64,000 bases of DNA, taken from a virus. Its lineage: Duplodnaviria; Heunggongvirae; Uroviricota; Caudoviricetes. The position numbers were made by a program, and so were the translations under genes. How positions within the stretch are numbered: position 1 is the stretch's first letter; each line of letters starts with the position of its first letter. Below, one piece after another: positions 28,485 through 36,652 of the stretch. The stretch is taken from IMG/VR virus record IMGVR_UViG_3300001687_000010; one strand, given 5' to 3'. Below the pieces are notes generated by a model. It worked only from the letters and a program-made list of their open reading frames with translations, was not told where the DNA came from and searched no databases.

Positions 28485-29179
28485 GACTACAGACTTACCT
28501 AATTGAATCCAGTTTCGTACTAACGATTAAAGACATAGAACAAGTCGCTATGAAAGCAGGCGGACGCTTCCGCAGTGAGGCTGAAAAAAACGCAGAGCAG
28601 TTTTTAGACTGGTGGTACGAGAAACCGGAACTAAAAAAGGATTTAGGTTATTTTTTTAAGGCCGCAACAAAGGCAGGGCAAATGGCGTTAAAGATGCTCG
28701 GCCCCGTACCTTACTATAACAGAAATGACCTTATTAACAATATTTTAGATACGCAAGAATTCCCAACCAATCCTAAAGATTTTTTTCCCATCCCCATATA
28801 CATATCTTCAGGCAAAAATGACCGCTTTACAGTGGGTATACTTATCCATGCTAACGGTAAAAAAGAGTTATTTGAGGGCAATGACGAGGCCACAAGCGAG
28901 ACTTATGACTTAGTGGACAAGATATTAGGTAACGTCAAGCCCGTAACCGTTTATGGTTATCACGGTGAAAAGACTGTAGAGGATATACGCAGAACAAATA
29001 CCTTACCGGAAGGGCTTTATATGTCTCCCGATAAAAAATATGCGTTAGGATACTGGTCATTGAAAGAAAATCGGATTCCCTTCTCCTGCGTGGCTATGAG
29101 TAACGCCTTTAGAAAGGAATCCGATAAAGATTGGAAAGTAAAAAAAGATACTAAAATTAAAAACTTTAAGTTTATATAA
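28481..29179 (+). CDS. leader-family protein (MRLQTYLIE)
   Basis: N-terminal motif. 232 aa. Confidence 0.5.
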   Translation: MRLQTYLIESSFVLTIKDIEQVAMKAGGRFRSEAEKNAEQFLDWWYEKPELKKDLGYFFKAATKAGQMALKMLGPVPYYNRNDLINNILDTQEFPTNPKDFFPIPIYISSGKNDRFTVGILIHANGKKELFEGNDEATSETYDLVDKILGNVKPVTVYGYHGEKTVEDIRRTNTLPEGLYMSPDKKYALGYWSLKENRIPFSCVAMSNAFRKESDKDWKVKKDTKIKNFKFI

Positions 29180-29180
29180 T

Positions 29181-29316
29181 TGGCACCGGACGATGGATTC
29201 GAACCATCAATGGCTTAAAGAATATCGGCCTAATACTCAACCATTCCTACAACCTTATTCCGGCTTTCCCTCATCCCTCATGAGCAGGATTTAGTATCCG
29301 GTAGATGCGTCCGGTG
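29181..29316 (-). tRNA. tRNA-like element of about 136 nt with a canonical 3' half and a large internal insertion
   Basis: The minus strand has a 7-bp acceptor stem (ACCGGAC/GTCCGGT), a T-arm GATGG-TTCGAAT-CCATC, discriminator G and an encoded CCA. About 60 extra nt lie between the acceptor 5' strand and the T-arm. Confidence 0.4.
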
Positions 29317-29322
29317 TAATAT

Positions 29323-30315
29323 TTAATCCTGCGGAAACGCTTCGTCTAACGCTTCCATTAACGACATATCTTCAGTTCCCGTTGATATAACTTCAGGGGC
29401 ATCATCAGAAGCCGTTTCGGTTAAACCGCTATTCCATTCATCATCATCGTCTGCGCTTGCGTTTTCTATGGTGTTTCCATTTCCGCTTTTTACCGGGACG
29501 TTTACCGGAATGTTTGTGTTTTTTCTTCCGGTTGGTGTTGTTGTGCTTCTTACGTTTGCCCCGGTATTGTACTTTTTTGACGCAATTTTCTCCACTTCTT
29601 CTTTAATAAACGCTTCTTTATCCCATTCACAGGTGATAAACGGTTTGACTTTTGCGTCCACAATTTTCATTGCGCCACAAGGTGCCTTCCATCGTACCTG
29701 ACCGGCTACACCATTTTTAGCGATAACAAGCGATATGTTATGGTTTTGATTAACAAATGCATGGTCTGTGCCGGAAAAACCCGTACCCATTCCGTGGTGG
29801 GAATGTATAGCCCCGATAACAGGTAAGTTATTAAATTCTTCGCATTCAATGTTATCGACACTGGTTGCGGTAACTTCCTGTTTGGGGATAAAAATATCAC
29901 TGACCACGTGGGGTTCTTTTTCAGCGTCATCGCTAAGTAAATAAGCAAACCATTCAATGTTCGGGAACTTTTCCATCAGGGCATCGATTTTAACTTTCGC
30001 TAAAGGCTTAACCCACACTTTAACATGGCCGGGGGCTTTGCTACAATCTTTAACTTCATCAACTTCCGTTTCCCAACATTCTTCTTTAGGTTGAGAATAT
30101 ACGTTGTTGATATAAGTCTGGTTGTTAAAATGATAGCCCTGACCTGCAGGCCATTGACCATTCCAATTCTTATTGTAATTCATTTTTGCTCCTTTCGGTT
30201 TCTTGGGAAGGTGCTTAATAGCATTTCCTCTACACCACGGACAATTTTTATGCGAACCATCCTGACCATCTCGCCAGTATTTCATTCCGCAAAAACCACA
30301 TAAAATGATAGGCAT
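29323..30315 (-). CDS. JAB/MPN (JAMM) metalloprotease with N-terminal zinc ribbon; putative Ubl-processing / deconjugating enzyme
   Basis: JAMM motif HSHHGMGTGFSGTD (HxHx7SxxD) is present. N-terminal zinc ribbon CGFCG...CPWC is present. Its start overlaps the stop of the E1-like gene by 1 nt. Confidence 0.75.
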   Translation of the reverse strand: MPIILCGFCGMKYWRDGQDGSHKNCPWCRGNAIKHLPKKPKGAKMNYNKNWNGQWPAGQGYHFNNQTYINNVYSQPKEECWETEVDEVKDCSKAPGHVKVWVKPLAKVKIDALMEKFPNIEWFAYLLSDDAEKEPHVVSDIFIPKQEVTATSVDNIECEEFNNLPVIGAIHSHHGMGTGFSGTDHAFVNQNHNISLVIAKNGVAGQVRWKAPCGAMKIVDAKVKPFITCEWDKEAFIKEEVEKIASKKYNTGANVRSTTTPTGRKNTNIPVNVPVKSGNGNTIENASADDDDEWNSGLTETASDDAPEVISTGTEDMSLMEALDEAFPQD

Positions 30316-30941
30316 TAAATTCTCCTTGCGTTGAATAAACCTTTTATATTGGTAACAACTTCATTATCACTGTATTTTAAAATTTTAGCAACCGCAAGTG
30401 CGGCAATTATCGAAGCCGGAACGACCCACGAAGGTACGGTGCGGTATCCGGGTTCAGTTTCTCCCCATTCAGCAACACGGTTATGAAGACTCATATCTTC
30501 ACCATCATAACCGGCCTTGAAATAACGCATTCCCTGTTGTTTAGCCAGTCTTTGATTTTCGGCTTGAATTTTATCATCATCCGTACAATCCACCAACCAT
30601 TTGGTTCCGGGCGCATGGGCATCATTGAATTTATACGGCATAGCATATACCGTACAATCCGGTCTGAGAGTGTTAATAACGACCTTGAGAGCATCGGTTT
30701 TATTATAACCAATAAACTTATGCGGTACATCTAACCGATTAAGGTTATGCTCTTCAATTTCATCGAAATCAAAAAGCCATAACAGCTCGACTCCCGACAT
30801 TGCTAAAAATTTTCCGACCCAAAAACCAATTCCGCCACAACCAACTATGGTAACGGACGTGTCGGTATTAAGTTTAAGTTTTTCCTGTCTGGTGTATAGG
30901 TTACTCATTTTATCTCCTTTCTTTAACCGTCTATTGACCAA
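30315..30941 (-). CDS. E1-like ThiF/MoeB-family adenylyltransferase
   Basis: Rossmann motif VTIVGCGGIGFWVGKFLAMSGV...LFDFDEIEEHNLNRL and a downstream DCTDD motif are present. 208 aa. Confidence 0.8.
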   Translation of the reverse strand: MVNRRLKKGDKMSNLYTRQEKLKLNTDTSVTIVGCGGIGFWVGKFLAMSGVELLWLFDFDEIEEHNLNRLDVPHKFIGYNKTDALKVVINTLRPDCTVYAMPYKFNDAHAPGTKWLVDCTDDDKIQAENQRLAKQQGMRYFKAGYDGEDMSLHNRVAEWGETEPGYRTVPSWVVPASIIAALAVAKILKYSDNEVVTNIKGLFNARRI

Positions 30942-31825
30942 ACATCTTGAGTTGTATTGCCTGTAACTCCGGTTCTAACCGATTCCTGACCGATGTTAAG
31001 GCGTTCATCTGTAGCCCGTCTACGTTCTGACCTTGAGTTTATAACTCTATGGCGAAACAATGTCGCCTTGCGTGGCAAACCACGTGGTGAACTATGAGCA
31101 ATTGAATTTGAATTTACATTTTCTAATACCGCTTCAGCCGCTCTGGCTATCGCTATAATATCATCTGCATTTCTCCATGATTTTGGGTAACTCCATTGTC
31201 CCCAACAATCTGGATTTTGCTGATGATAATGGTCAAAATATTCAAGGCCGATAGGTTTATGCGTTGATACTCTCGTAACTCTGTTATCTTTTGTTTGAAC
31301 CATATAAATTACATTAGATATTAATTTTTTAGAATATCGTGGCTCAATCGGTCTTTGGTCAACAAATTTAGGCCAATATACACCCTGTACTAACCAAATT
31401 AATTCCCCTTGCCGACTGCCTTTTACAACGGACAATCCCCGTTTGGCGTGTTCCATTGTAACTTGAGGCATCGGAATCGCCTGTTGTAATTGACGCTTTA
31501 ATTCCCGTTCCTTGCGCTCGGCTTCTGCCTTAATACGAGATGTGGATTCAACAATTTCGGTAACTTTTTGGTTAAGGCGATTCTTAATCTCCTGCATTTT
31601 GGTACGCAGTTTTTGCCTAAACTCTTCCCGAATTTCATCCTCAATGGCTATCGGTTCTTCACTAACGACCTGTAACTTTAAAAGTTTATTACCGGAACGA
31701 ATGGTTATTCCTTCGTTTTGAATATCGTCAACTTGAACGCTATCAACAATACCAAACATTTCCGTTAAGGTACGTTGCGCCGTTTCACTTAGATTTGAAT
31801 CTATTTCTGGTGGTCGTGGTGCCAT
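30923..31825 (-). CDS. operon-embedded protein of unknown function (possible divergent E2-like component or substrate)
   Basis: 300 aa. N-terminal coiled coil. The C-terminal region ...FDHYHQQNPDCWGQW is loosely UBC-like (H/N/P...C). Preceded by its own promoter. Confidence 0.4.
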   Translation of the reverse strand: MAPRPPEIDSNLSETAQRTLTEMFGIVDSVQVDDIQNEGITIRSGNKLLKLQVVSEEPIAIEDEIREEFRQKLRTKMQEIKNRLNQKVTEIVESTSRIKAEAERKERELKRQLQQAIPMPQVTMEHAKRGLSVVKGSRQGELIWLVQGVYWPKFVDQRPIEPRYSKKLISNVIYMVQTKDNRVTRVSTHKPIGLEYFDHYHQQNPDCWGQWSYPKSWRNADDIIAIARAAEAVLENVNSNSIAHSSPRGLPRKATLFRHRVINSRSERRRATDERLNIGQESVRTGVTGNTTQDVWSIDG

Positions 31826-31852
31826 ATATAAACTCCTAACGATTTTTTATAT

Positions 31853-31882
31853 ATTATATAATGAAAAAACTAAAATGTAAAC
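31853..31882 (-). promoter_or_regulatory. promoter TGTTTACA-N17-TATAAT on the minus strand driving the 300-aa / E1 / JAB genes
   Basis: Read from the reverse complement. TAGGAG RBS 8 nt before the ATG at 31825. Coordinates +-2. Confidence 0.5.
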
Positions 31883-31888
31883 AAATAA

Positions 31889-31920
31889 AAAGAGGATTTC
31901 CTAAAAGAAAATCCTCTTTT
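31889..31920. terminator. bidirectional rho-independent terminator between the Ubl gene and the downstream operon
   Basis: Perfect 13-14 bp stem AAAGAGGATTTTC/GAAAATCCTCTTT with a 6-nt loop, flanked by T-runs on both strands. Coordinates +-2. Confidence 0.55.
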
Positions 31921-31975
31921 ACTTTTTTGTGATGGCCATCACATATTTTATCCGAAGGCAAAATATGTAATAATA

Positions 31976-32242
31976 TTAGCCTGCTACGTCATAAGGACGT
32001 AATTCAAGCCTCATGCCCTCTTCGATGGTATCCGGGGCCTCTGACGGGCGAATCTCGTCACCATTCAAAAAGGTACGGAACTTGCCGAGACCGGCATCAC
32101 GGGCGGTGCTTTTAACAACCTCTACGAAGTTGGCACCGGGTTCGATTTCACGGTCACTGTTGTTAACCCGAATTGAGGTTGAGTAACGTGACGGTTCGTC
32201 ATCATAAACTTGCTCTGGTGTGCTATCCCAATTATCAGTCAT
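31976..32242 (-). CDS. ThiS/MoaD-like ubiquitin-like beta-grasp protein
   Basis: 88 aa. The C-terminal half FLNGDEIRPSEAPDTIEEGMRLELRPYDVAG fits the ThiS/MoaD pattern (VNGE.V....L.DGD.I.I.P.V.GG), but ends AG rather than GG. AGGAGG RBS. Confidence 0.6.
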   Translation of the reverse strand: MTDNWDSTPEQVYDDEPSRYSTSIRVNNSDREIEPGANFVEVVKSTARDAGLGKFRTFLNGDEIRPSEAPDTIEEGMRLELRPYDVAG

Positions 32243-32304
32243 TTTTTTGCCTCCTATAAGATTTTAATTGTTGATAAAATAAAACTTCAACTTTTAAGTA
32301 ATAC

Positions 32305-32333
32305 CACTATACCATAAAGTGATTAAGTTGTAA
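32305..32333 (-). promoter_or_regulatory. promoter TTTACA-N17-TATAGT on the minus strand upstream of the Ubl gene
   Basis: Read from the reverse complement of 32290-32340. Confidence 0.45.
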
Positions 32334-32580
32334 ACAAACTTTCTGATTTTTCTTTCCAATGTTCACATTTATTATTAGAATCATTAATAATAGAATCGCA
32401 TATATCCGGTCTTTTTATATGCATACATAGGTCATGTGCCTTTAATACAGTTTTATCAGATTGATAAACAATCGGCCCTTCTAAAAAATGATGACAGTTA
32501 CTGCATTTTTTATATCCTATACCATACCATACATCATAGGCTTTTAGTTTTCTTTTACTTTTTAATATATCGTCAAACAT
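32323..32580 (-). CDS. Cys/His-rich small protein
   Basis: 85-aa ORF with CxxC, HxxxC and CxxxC motifs. Confidence 0.4.
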   Translation of the reverse strand: MFDDILKSKRKLKAYDVWYGIGYKKCSNCHHFLEGPIVYQSDKTVLKAHDLCMHIKRPDICDSIINDSNNKCEHWKEKSESLFTT

Positions 32581-32582
32581 AT

Positions 32583-33332
32583 TTATAGTTCTCTATTAAA
32601 TAGGTAATACTGTTCAGATTCATCCGCATTGATTGCGTGAATAAATCCACCGTCCGCTTTTTCAAGATATGCAAACTTTAAAACAAACGTATCATTAATA
32701 ACCGCAAGCAGACTTAAAATATTTTTATAATCATAACATATCTGAACATCGGCTTGACCTGCTTCAGCTTCACCAAACGGAAATATATGCCGACTTGAAA
32801 ACTCGTTTGTTAAGTCGGTTATCTCAAGCGTAAAGCGTCCATCTTTAACAACCACATACGCCTTACCAAAGTTAGGCGCAACAGTTTTAATTTTCTCTAT
32901 ACGTTCCTGCATAGCATCATCAATCGCTATGGTCTTAAATGATGGATATTCGTCTCTTGCACTTTTAGGAAATATATTCCTTTGAATTGATACTGGCTTA
33001 CAAAAGTTAATAAAACTTTCGGATACCGATGATATAACGTGTATATGGGGCTTATCTCCATCCACGATTTCAATATCGGCTTCTTCATCCCATATTTTTA
33101 GCGCAGGGTCAAGCACCCTCAACGGTTCTGAAAAATGAAACTCGATATCATCCGTTGTCGGAAAATCAATCATATTGTTCGGTATGTTAATCTGCGTAAT
33201 AATATCTTTTTGCTGAGATATCATACTGGATTTAATCCGACCCTCTTCAAATTTTAAATGTAAAGCTGCTATACTGTTGTTTAACGTCACCTTCTTTATT
33301 ACTTCTCTAAACTCCGGGATATTAATTTTCAT
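32583..33332 (-). CDS. sliding clamp (T4 gp45-like)
   Basis: 249 aa. Immediately downstream of the clamp-loader genes. Weak colinear similarity to gp45 from memory. Confidence 0.5.
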   Translation of the reverse strand: MKINIPEFREVIKKVTLNNSIAALHLKFEEGRIKSSMISQQKDIITQINIPNNMIDFPTTDDIEFHFSEPLRVLDPALKIWDEEADIEIVDGDKPHIHVISSVSESFINFCKPVSIQRNIFPKSARDEYPSFKTIAIDDAMQERIEKIKTVAPNFGKAYVVVKDGRFTLEITDLTNEFSSRHIFPFGEAEAGQADVQICYDYKNILSLLAVINDTFVLKFAYLEKADGGFIHAINADESEQYYLFNREL

Positions 33333-33745
33333 AATACTCTCTCCATGAATTTTTTCACCATACTCGCTTCCCTTTCCGACATATCATATTCTAACATTAA
33401 ACGGTTTATGTCTTCTTGTTCACGTAAATAGGTTTTTTGCTTTTTTGTATATCGTATAAAACGCCGTCCTTTTGGAATAGAGGCATAATAATAATTATAC
33501 ACCATTTCATCAGGAATGTAAAAAAGCAGGGGATTAATTTTTGAAACATATTCTATACAATCCGCCTCGTGGCTCAACCATAATGATAAAAGGAAAGCCG
33601 GTGCTGCTTTTTTAACATAAGCGTATTTATTCGTTTTGTTACATATTTGATTTAGAAAGTCAAACAGGTTTGGTCCCTTCTCTTCTTCTTCTTCGGGTTC
33701 CTGTTTAATCTTTTTGCGTTCCTGTAAAACATCAAGGATGCTCAT
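33329..33745 (-). CDS. clamp-loader small subunit (T4 gp62-like)
   Basis: ICNKTNK...VYNYYYASIPKGRRFIRY resembles the gp62 region INNKTK...HFNYLMAAVPRGKRYGKW. Confidence 0.5.
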   Translation of the reverse strand: MSILDVLQERKKIKQEPEEEEEKGPNLFDFLNQICNKTNKYAYVKKAAPAFLLSLWLSHEADCIEYVSKINPLLFYIPDEMVYNYYYASIPKGRRFIRYTKKQKTYLREQEDINRLMLEYDMSEREASMVKKFMERVL

Positions 33746-34671
33746 ATAGCACCTATCTTAGACATAGTATGTACCATTTGCATAAAATTTATCTCCTTAA
33801 TGGGATAATCCAAGTCGTTACGCAAATGCTCACCTATTAACATAATGGTCTCATCCGGTTTTTTAAACTTTTGCCAGTTTTCATATAGAAAATTAAACAG
33901 TGCAACATAGTTTATATAATTGCTCCGTAATAAAACCCTGATTCTATCGTAGTTCTTATCAAACATACAATCTAATATCTGGGCATATATATCCTCTGGA
34001 GAATATATATCGGAGTCCCTTAATTCCCCATCTATTGAATTCTCCTGCATAGCCCATATGGTTTTGCGGATATCTGGATAGCATTTTTTAATAAGGTTAG
34101 CCAATACTTTCGATTCGAATTTAATACCTTCAGTTCTGAGGATATTGGCCATAAATAGGCCGATATCTCTTTTAGGTGGGTTATCGAAGGGTATCTCAAT
34201 ACAACGTGACCGGATGGGGCTTAAAATTTGATGGACTTCATTGGTCATAAGAATAAAGCGGCACAATTCTTGTACATCTTCCATGAGCTGTTTAAGCATT
34301 TTTTGTGCGCCAGACTGCCCTTTGGATAATGCGTCCGCTTCGTTTAATATGACTATTTTAAGTTTTGCGCTACCAGCGTATGCGAATGGTTTAACGTCTT
34401 CCCGAATAAACTCGATACCAGTTTTATCCGATGCGTTTATCCACATATTAGGAAGGTCGGTCTCTTTTAGGTATATTTTGGTAAATGTTCCCTTACCGAC
34501 TCCGGCTGAGCCATATAATAATAGGTTGGGTACTTCTTTAATTGCTTTTTCAAGTTTAGGTCTTATAGTATCGTTTAAGACCATTTCGTTTAAATTTTGA
34601 GGTTCATATTTGAACGTCCAAATCTCACGTTCGTCTTTTATCATATTATAAATCCCATCCCCATCTTTCAT
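33742..34671 (-). CDS. clamp-loader AAA+ ATPase (T4 gp44 / RFC-like)
   Basis: Walker A GSAGVGKGT, Walker B IVILNEAD and sensor-1 SRC motif SRCIEIPF are present. Confidence 0.8.
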   Translation of the reverse strand: MKDGDGIYNMIKDEREIWTFKYEPQNLNEMVLNDTIRPKLEKAIKEVPNLLLYGSAGVGKGTFTKIYLKETDLPNMWINASDKTGIEFIREDVKPFAYAGSAKLKIVILNEADALSKGQSGAQKMLKQLMEDVQELCRFILMTNEVHQILSPIRSRCIEIPFDNPPKRDIGLFMANILRTEGIKFESKVLANLIKKCYPDIRKTIWAMQENSIDGELRDSDIYSPEDIYAQILDCMFDKNYDRIRVLLRSNYINYVALFNFLYENWQKFKKPDETIMLIGEHLRNDLDYPIKEINFMQMVHTMSKIGAI

Positions 34672-35224
34672 CTAATTCTTCTTGCGTTGGTATTTCTTCT
34701 GGTTTAGGCGGAGGTGGGGGCCCGCCTGACGTCCATACTTCTTTTTCCTCAACATCTTCCACTATTTGTTCTACCATACCCTCTACATTTATATCTTCAG
34801 GTACAGGTAATAGCGTCCCACAATTAGCGCATTCTGAACCGCTAATTTTATAATTTATTTCGTGATGGCAAGTATCGCAATATTTCGGCAAATTTGATTC
34901 ACTAAGCGAATCCCATACCCGTTCTGCTTCTTCAGGTGTTAACACATTACTATTTTCAAGAATATCCATTATATCGGTATCTATATTATCAAGCGTGGTT
35001 TCTATTTCAAGTGAAGCTTGTGCATCTATTAAATCTACCGTATCAACCGCACTTTCAAATATTTTTTCCACAATTTCTTGCGCTAACGGGCTATTATCCG
35101 GGACGCTTATTTTCACTTCAGGATTATTAAAAATATGTTTAACTCGTTCTGTTAACGAATCTGCCAATTCTTTAATAATCAGTTCTTTAACTTTTTGAGA
35201 TATGCCTAATGTTTCCATTTTCAC
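34646..35224 (-). CDS. acidic protein with CxxC...CxxC zinc-ribbon and poly-Pro segment
   Basis: 192-aa ORF. CDTCHH...CANCG motif. PPPPPKPEE segment. Confidence 0.4.
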   Translation of the reverse strand: MKMETLGISQKVKELIIKELADSLTERVKHIFNNPEVKISVPDNSPLAQEIVEKIFESAVDTVDLIDAQASLEIETTLDNIDTDIMDILENSNVLTPEEAERVWDSLSESNLPKYCDTCHHEINYKISGSECANCGTLLPVPEDINVEGMVEQIVEDVEEKEVWTSGGPPPPPKPEEIPTQEELDERWGWDL

Positions 35225-35234
35225 CTACTTGCTT

Positions 35235-35438
35235 TTAGATAATAGGTTTATCTGAAACTATCCATCCCAATTCTCTAACAATCCAATCGTAACCAGCCAC
35301 AACTGAAGTGCCGTTTATTTTACACCCCGCATTGCGACTGCCATAACAATATTCAAGTGTATGAACCCTATCTTTTCGAATTACCCATATGTTACCATTG
35401 GGTAATTTTACTTTTATAGTCTCTTTTTCCCAACTCAT
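35235..35438 (-). CDS. hypothetical small protein
   Basis: 67-aa ORF. Confidence 0.35.
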   Translation of the reverse strand: MSWEKETIKVKLPNGNIWVIRKDRVHTLEYCYGSRNAGCKINGTSVVAGYDWIVRELGWIVSDKPII

Positions 35439-35716
35439 TATGAAGTCATCACTGCATCTTTTAGTTTACGGGCAGGCTTAAATCTAACCACAAGCCTTTC
35501 CGGTACAAAAACCTTTTCTCCAGTTCTCGGGTTTCGAGCTGTCCTTGATTCGGTTTTTTTAACTTTAAAGGTTCCAAAGTTAGGTAAAGTCGCTTTTCCA
35601 GTTTTTAAAATACTTTCAGTAATACCGGACATTAAAACATCCACAACTATACCGGCTTCTTGGGCAGTGATTCCCGTCTTATCCATTAAATATCGTTTTA
35701 ATCCACCTTTGCCCAT
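35438..35716 (-). CDS. HU/IHF-family DNA-binding protein
   Basis: GFGTFKVKKTESRTARNPRTGEKVFVPERLVVRFKPA matches the HU beta-arm signature. A promoter TTTACA-N17-TATTAT lies upstream at about 35729-35757 (minus strand). Confidence 0.7.
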   Translation of the reverse strand: MGKGGLKRYLMDKTGITAQEAGIVVDVLMSGITESILKTGKATLPNFGTFKVKKTESRTARNPRTGEKVFVPERLVVRFKPARKLKDAVMTS

Positions 35717-35863
35717 AAAATCACCTTTTTATACAAAATTTTATTACATAATACCATACTGAGGCCATATTGTAAACAGACCTAAAAAAAATATACCGTT
35801 TGTTTACAATTTTAATAAAAAATGTTACACTATACGCATTTTAAAAAGGAGAGGAGTATAATT

Positions 35864-36160
35864 ATGGTTAAAAAACACATTTTCGAATTACCAAATCCTG
35901 AAGCTAAACGTCTACCTATTGTAGACCAGTGCTTGGGTGGACGGGAATATGTAACCGTTGAAAAAGGCAAAAAGGTTACAAAAGTTATTCCCGATTGTAG
36001 CCGTATTTTTGAGCTTACTAACGGCACTAAGGTTTGTTGCGCTTATGGGAACCCTGCCGCAATCCATAGACAGGGATGTGCGCTCGGTGATAACAAAGAA
36101 GATATTAGACAAGAAACAGGCACAACCTTAAAACGGAAATTTAAGCGGAAAAATTGGTAA
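35864..36160 (+). CDS. hypothetical protein (start at MVKK...)
   Basis: Strong SD AAAGGAGAGGAG 8 nt upstream. A TTTACA promoter-like element lies upstream at about 35785. Confidence 0.45.
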   Translation: MVKKHIFELPNPEAKRLPIVDQCLGGREYVTVEKGKKVTKVIPDCSRIFELTNGTKVCCAYGNPAAIHRQGCALGDNKEDIRQETGTTLKRKFKRKNW

Positions 36161-36366
36161 TGCTTTATTGTGACGAATGTGCGGAAAATCATAATTTAGA
36201 AAAACGAGCATTTAGAATTTTTTATGCCGACTGTGAGTTATGCGGTAAAAAATTTATTGAGTGCAATTTCTCGTGCGAGGTTGACGATTGGAAAAATACA
36301 CTACTGGAACGGGTCAAAAAATTTTGGTACATCATAAAGAAGATTGTGAAGGTGAATACTGCGTAA
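36154..36366 (+). CDS. Cys-rich small protein
   Basis: 70-aa ORF (CDEC...CELCG). Overlaps the next ORF in another frame. Confidence 0.35.
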   Translation: MVMLYCDECAENHNLEKRAFRIFYADCELCGKKFIECNFSCEVDDWKNTLLERVKKFWYIIKKIVKVNTA

Positions 36367-36596
36367 TTCATAACCCGTCTGACCATATTATGAAAGATTG
36401 GCCGACCCATTGGCGTGACGATAGGCGAATAATGGAACGCATATGTCCGCACGGCATTGGTCATCCTGACCCTGATGATTTGGCCTTTAAAAGACGTATG
36501 GCAGAAAAATGGGGACGAAAAGATTATGATAAAGGTATCCACGGATGTGATGGATGCTGTAGTGATTCTTTAAAAGATATCGATTTTGACCTTTAA
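36288..36596 (+). CDS. Cys/His-rich protein (possibly fused with the previous ORF via a frameshift)
   Basis: 102 aa with several H/C clusters. Confidence 0.35.
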   Translation: MEKYTTGTGQKILVHHKEDCEGEYCVIHNPSDHIMKDWPTHWRDDRRIMERICPHGIGHPDPDDLAFKRRMAEKWGRKDYDKGIHGCDGCCSDSLKDIDFDL

Positions 36597-36652
36597 GGTC
36601 ATTAACAGGGGATAGACTAACCCCATAAAATTCAACGGAAGGAGCAAAACCT

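Noticed and set aside
29181-29316. tRNA-like element as a prophage attachment site or integration boundary
   Set aside because: No integrase, excisionase or flanking host genes are present. Phage genes continue on both sides.
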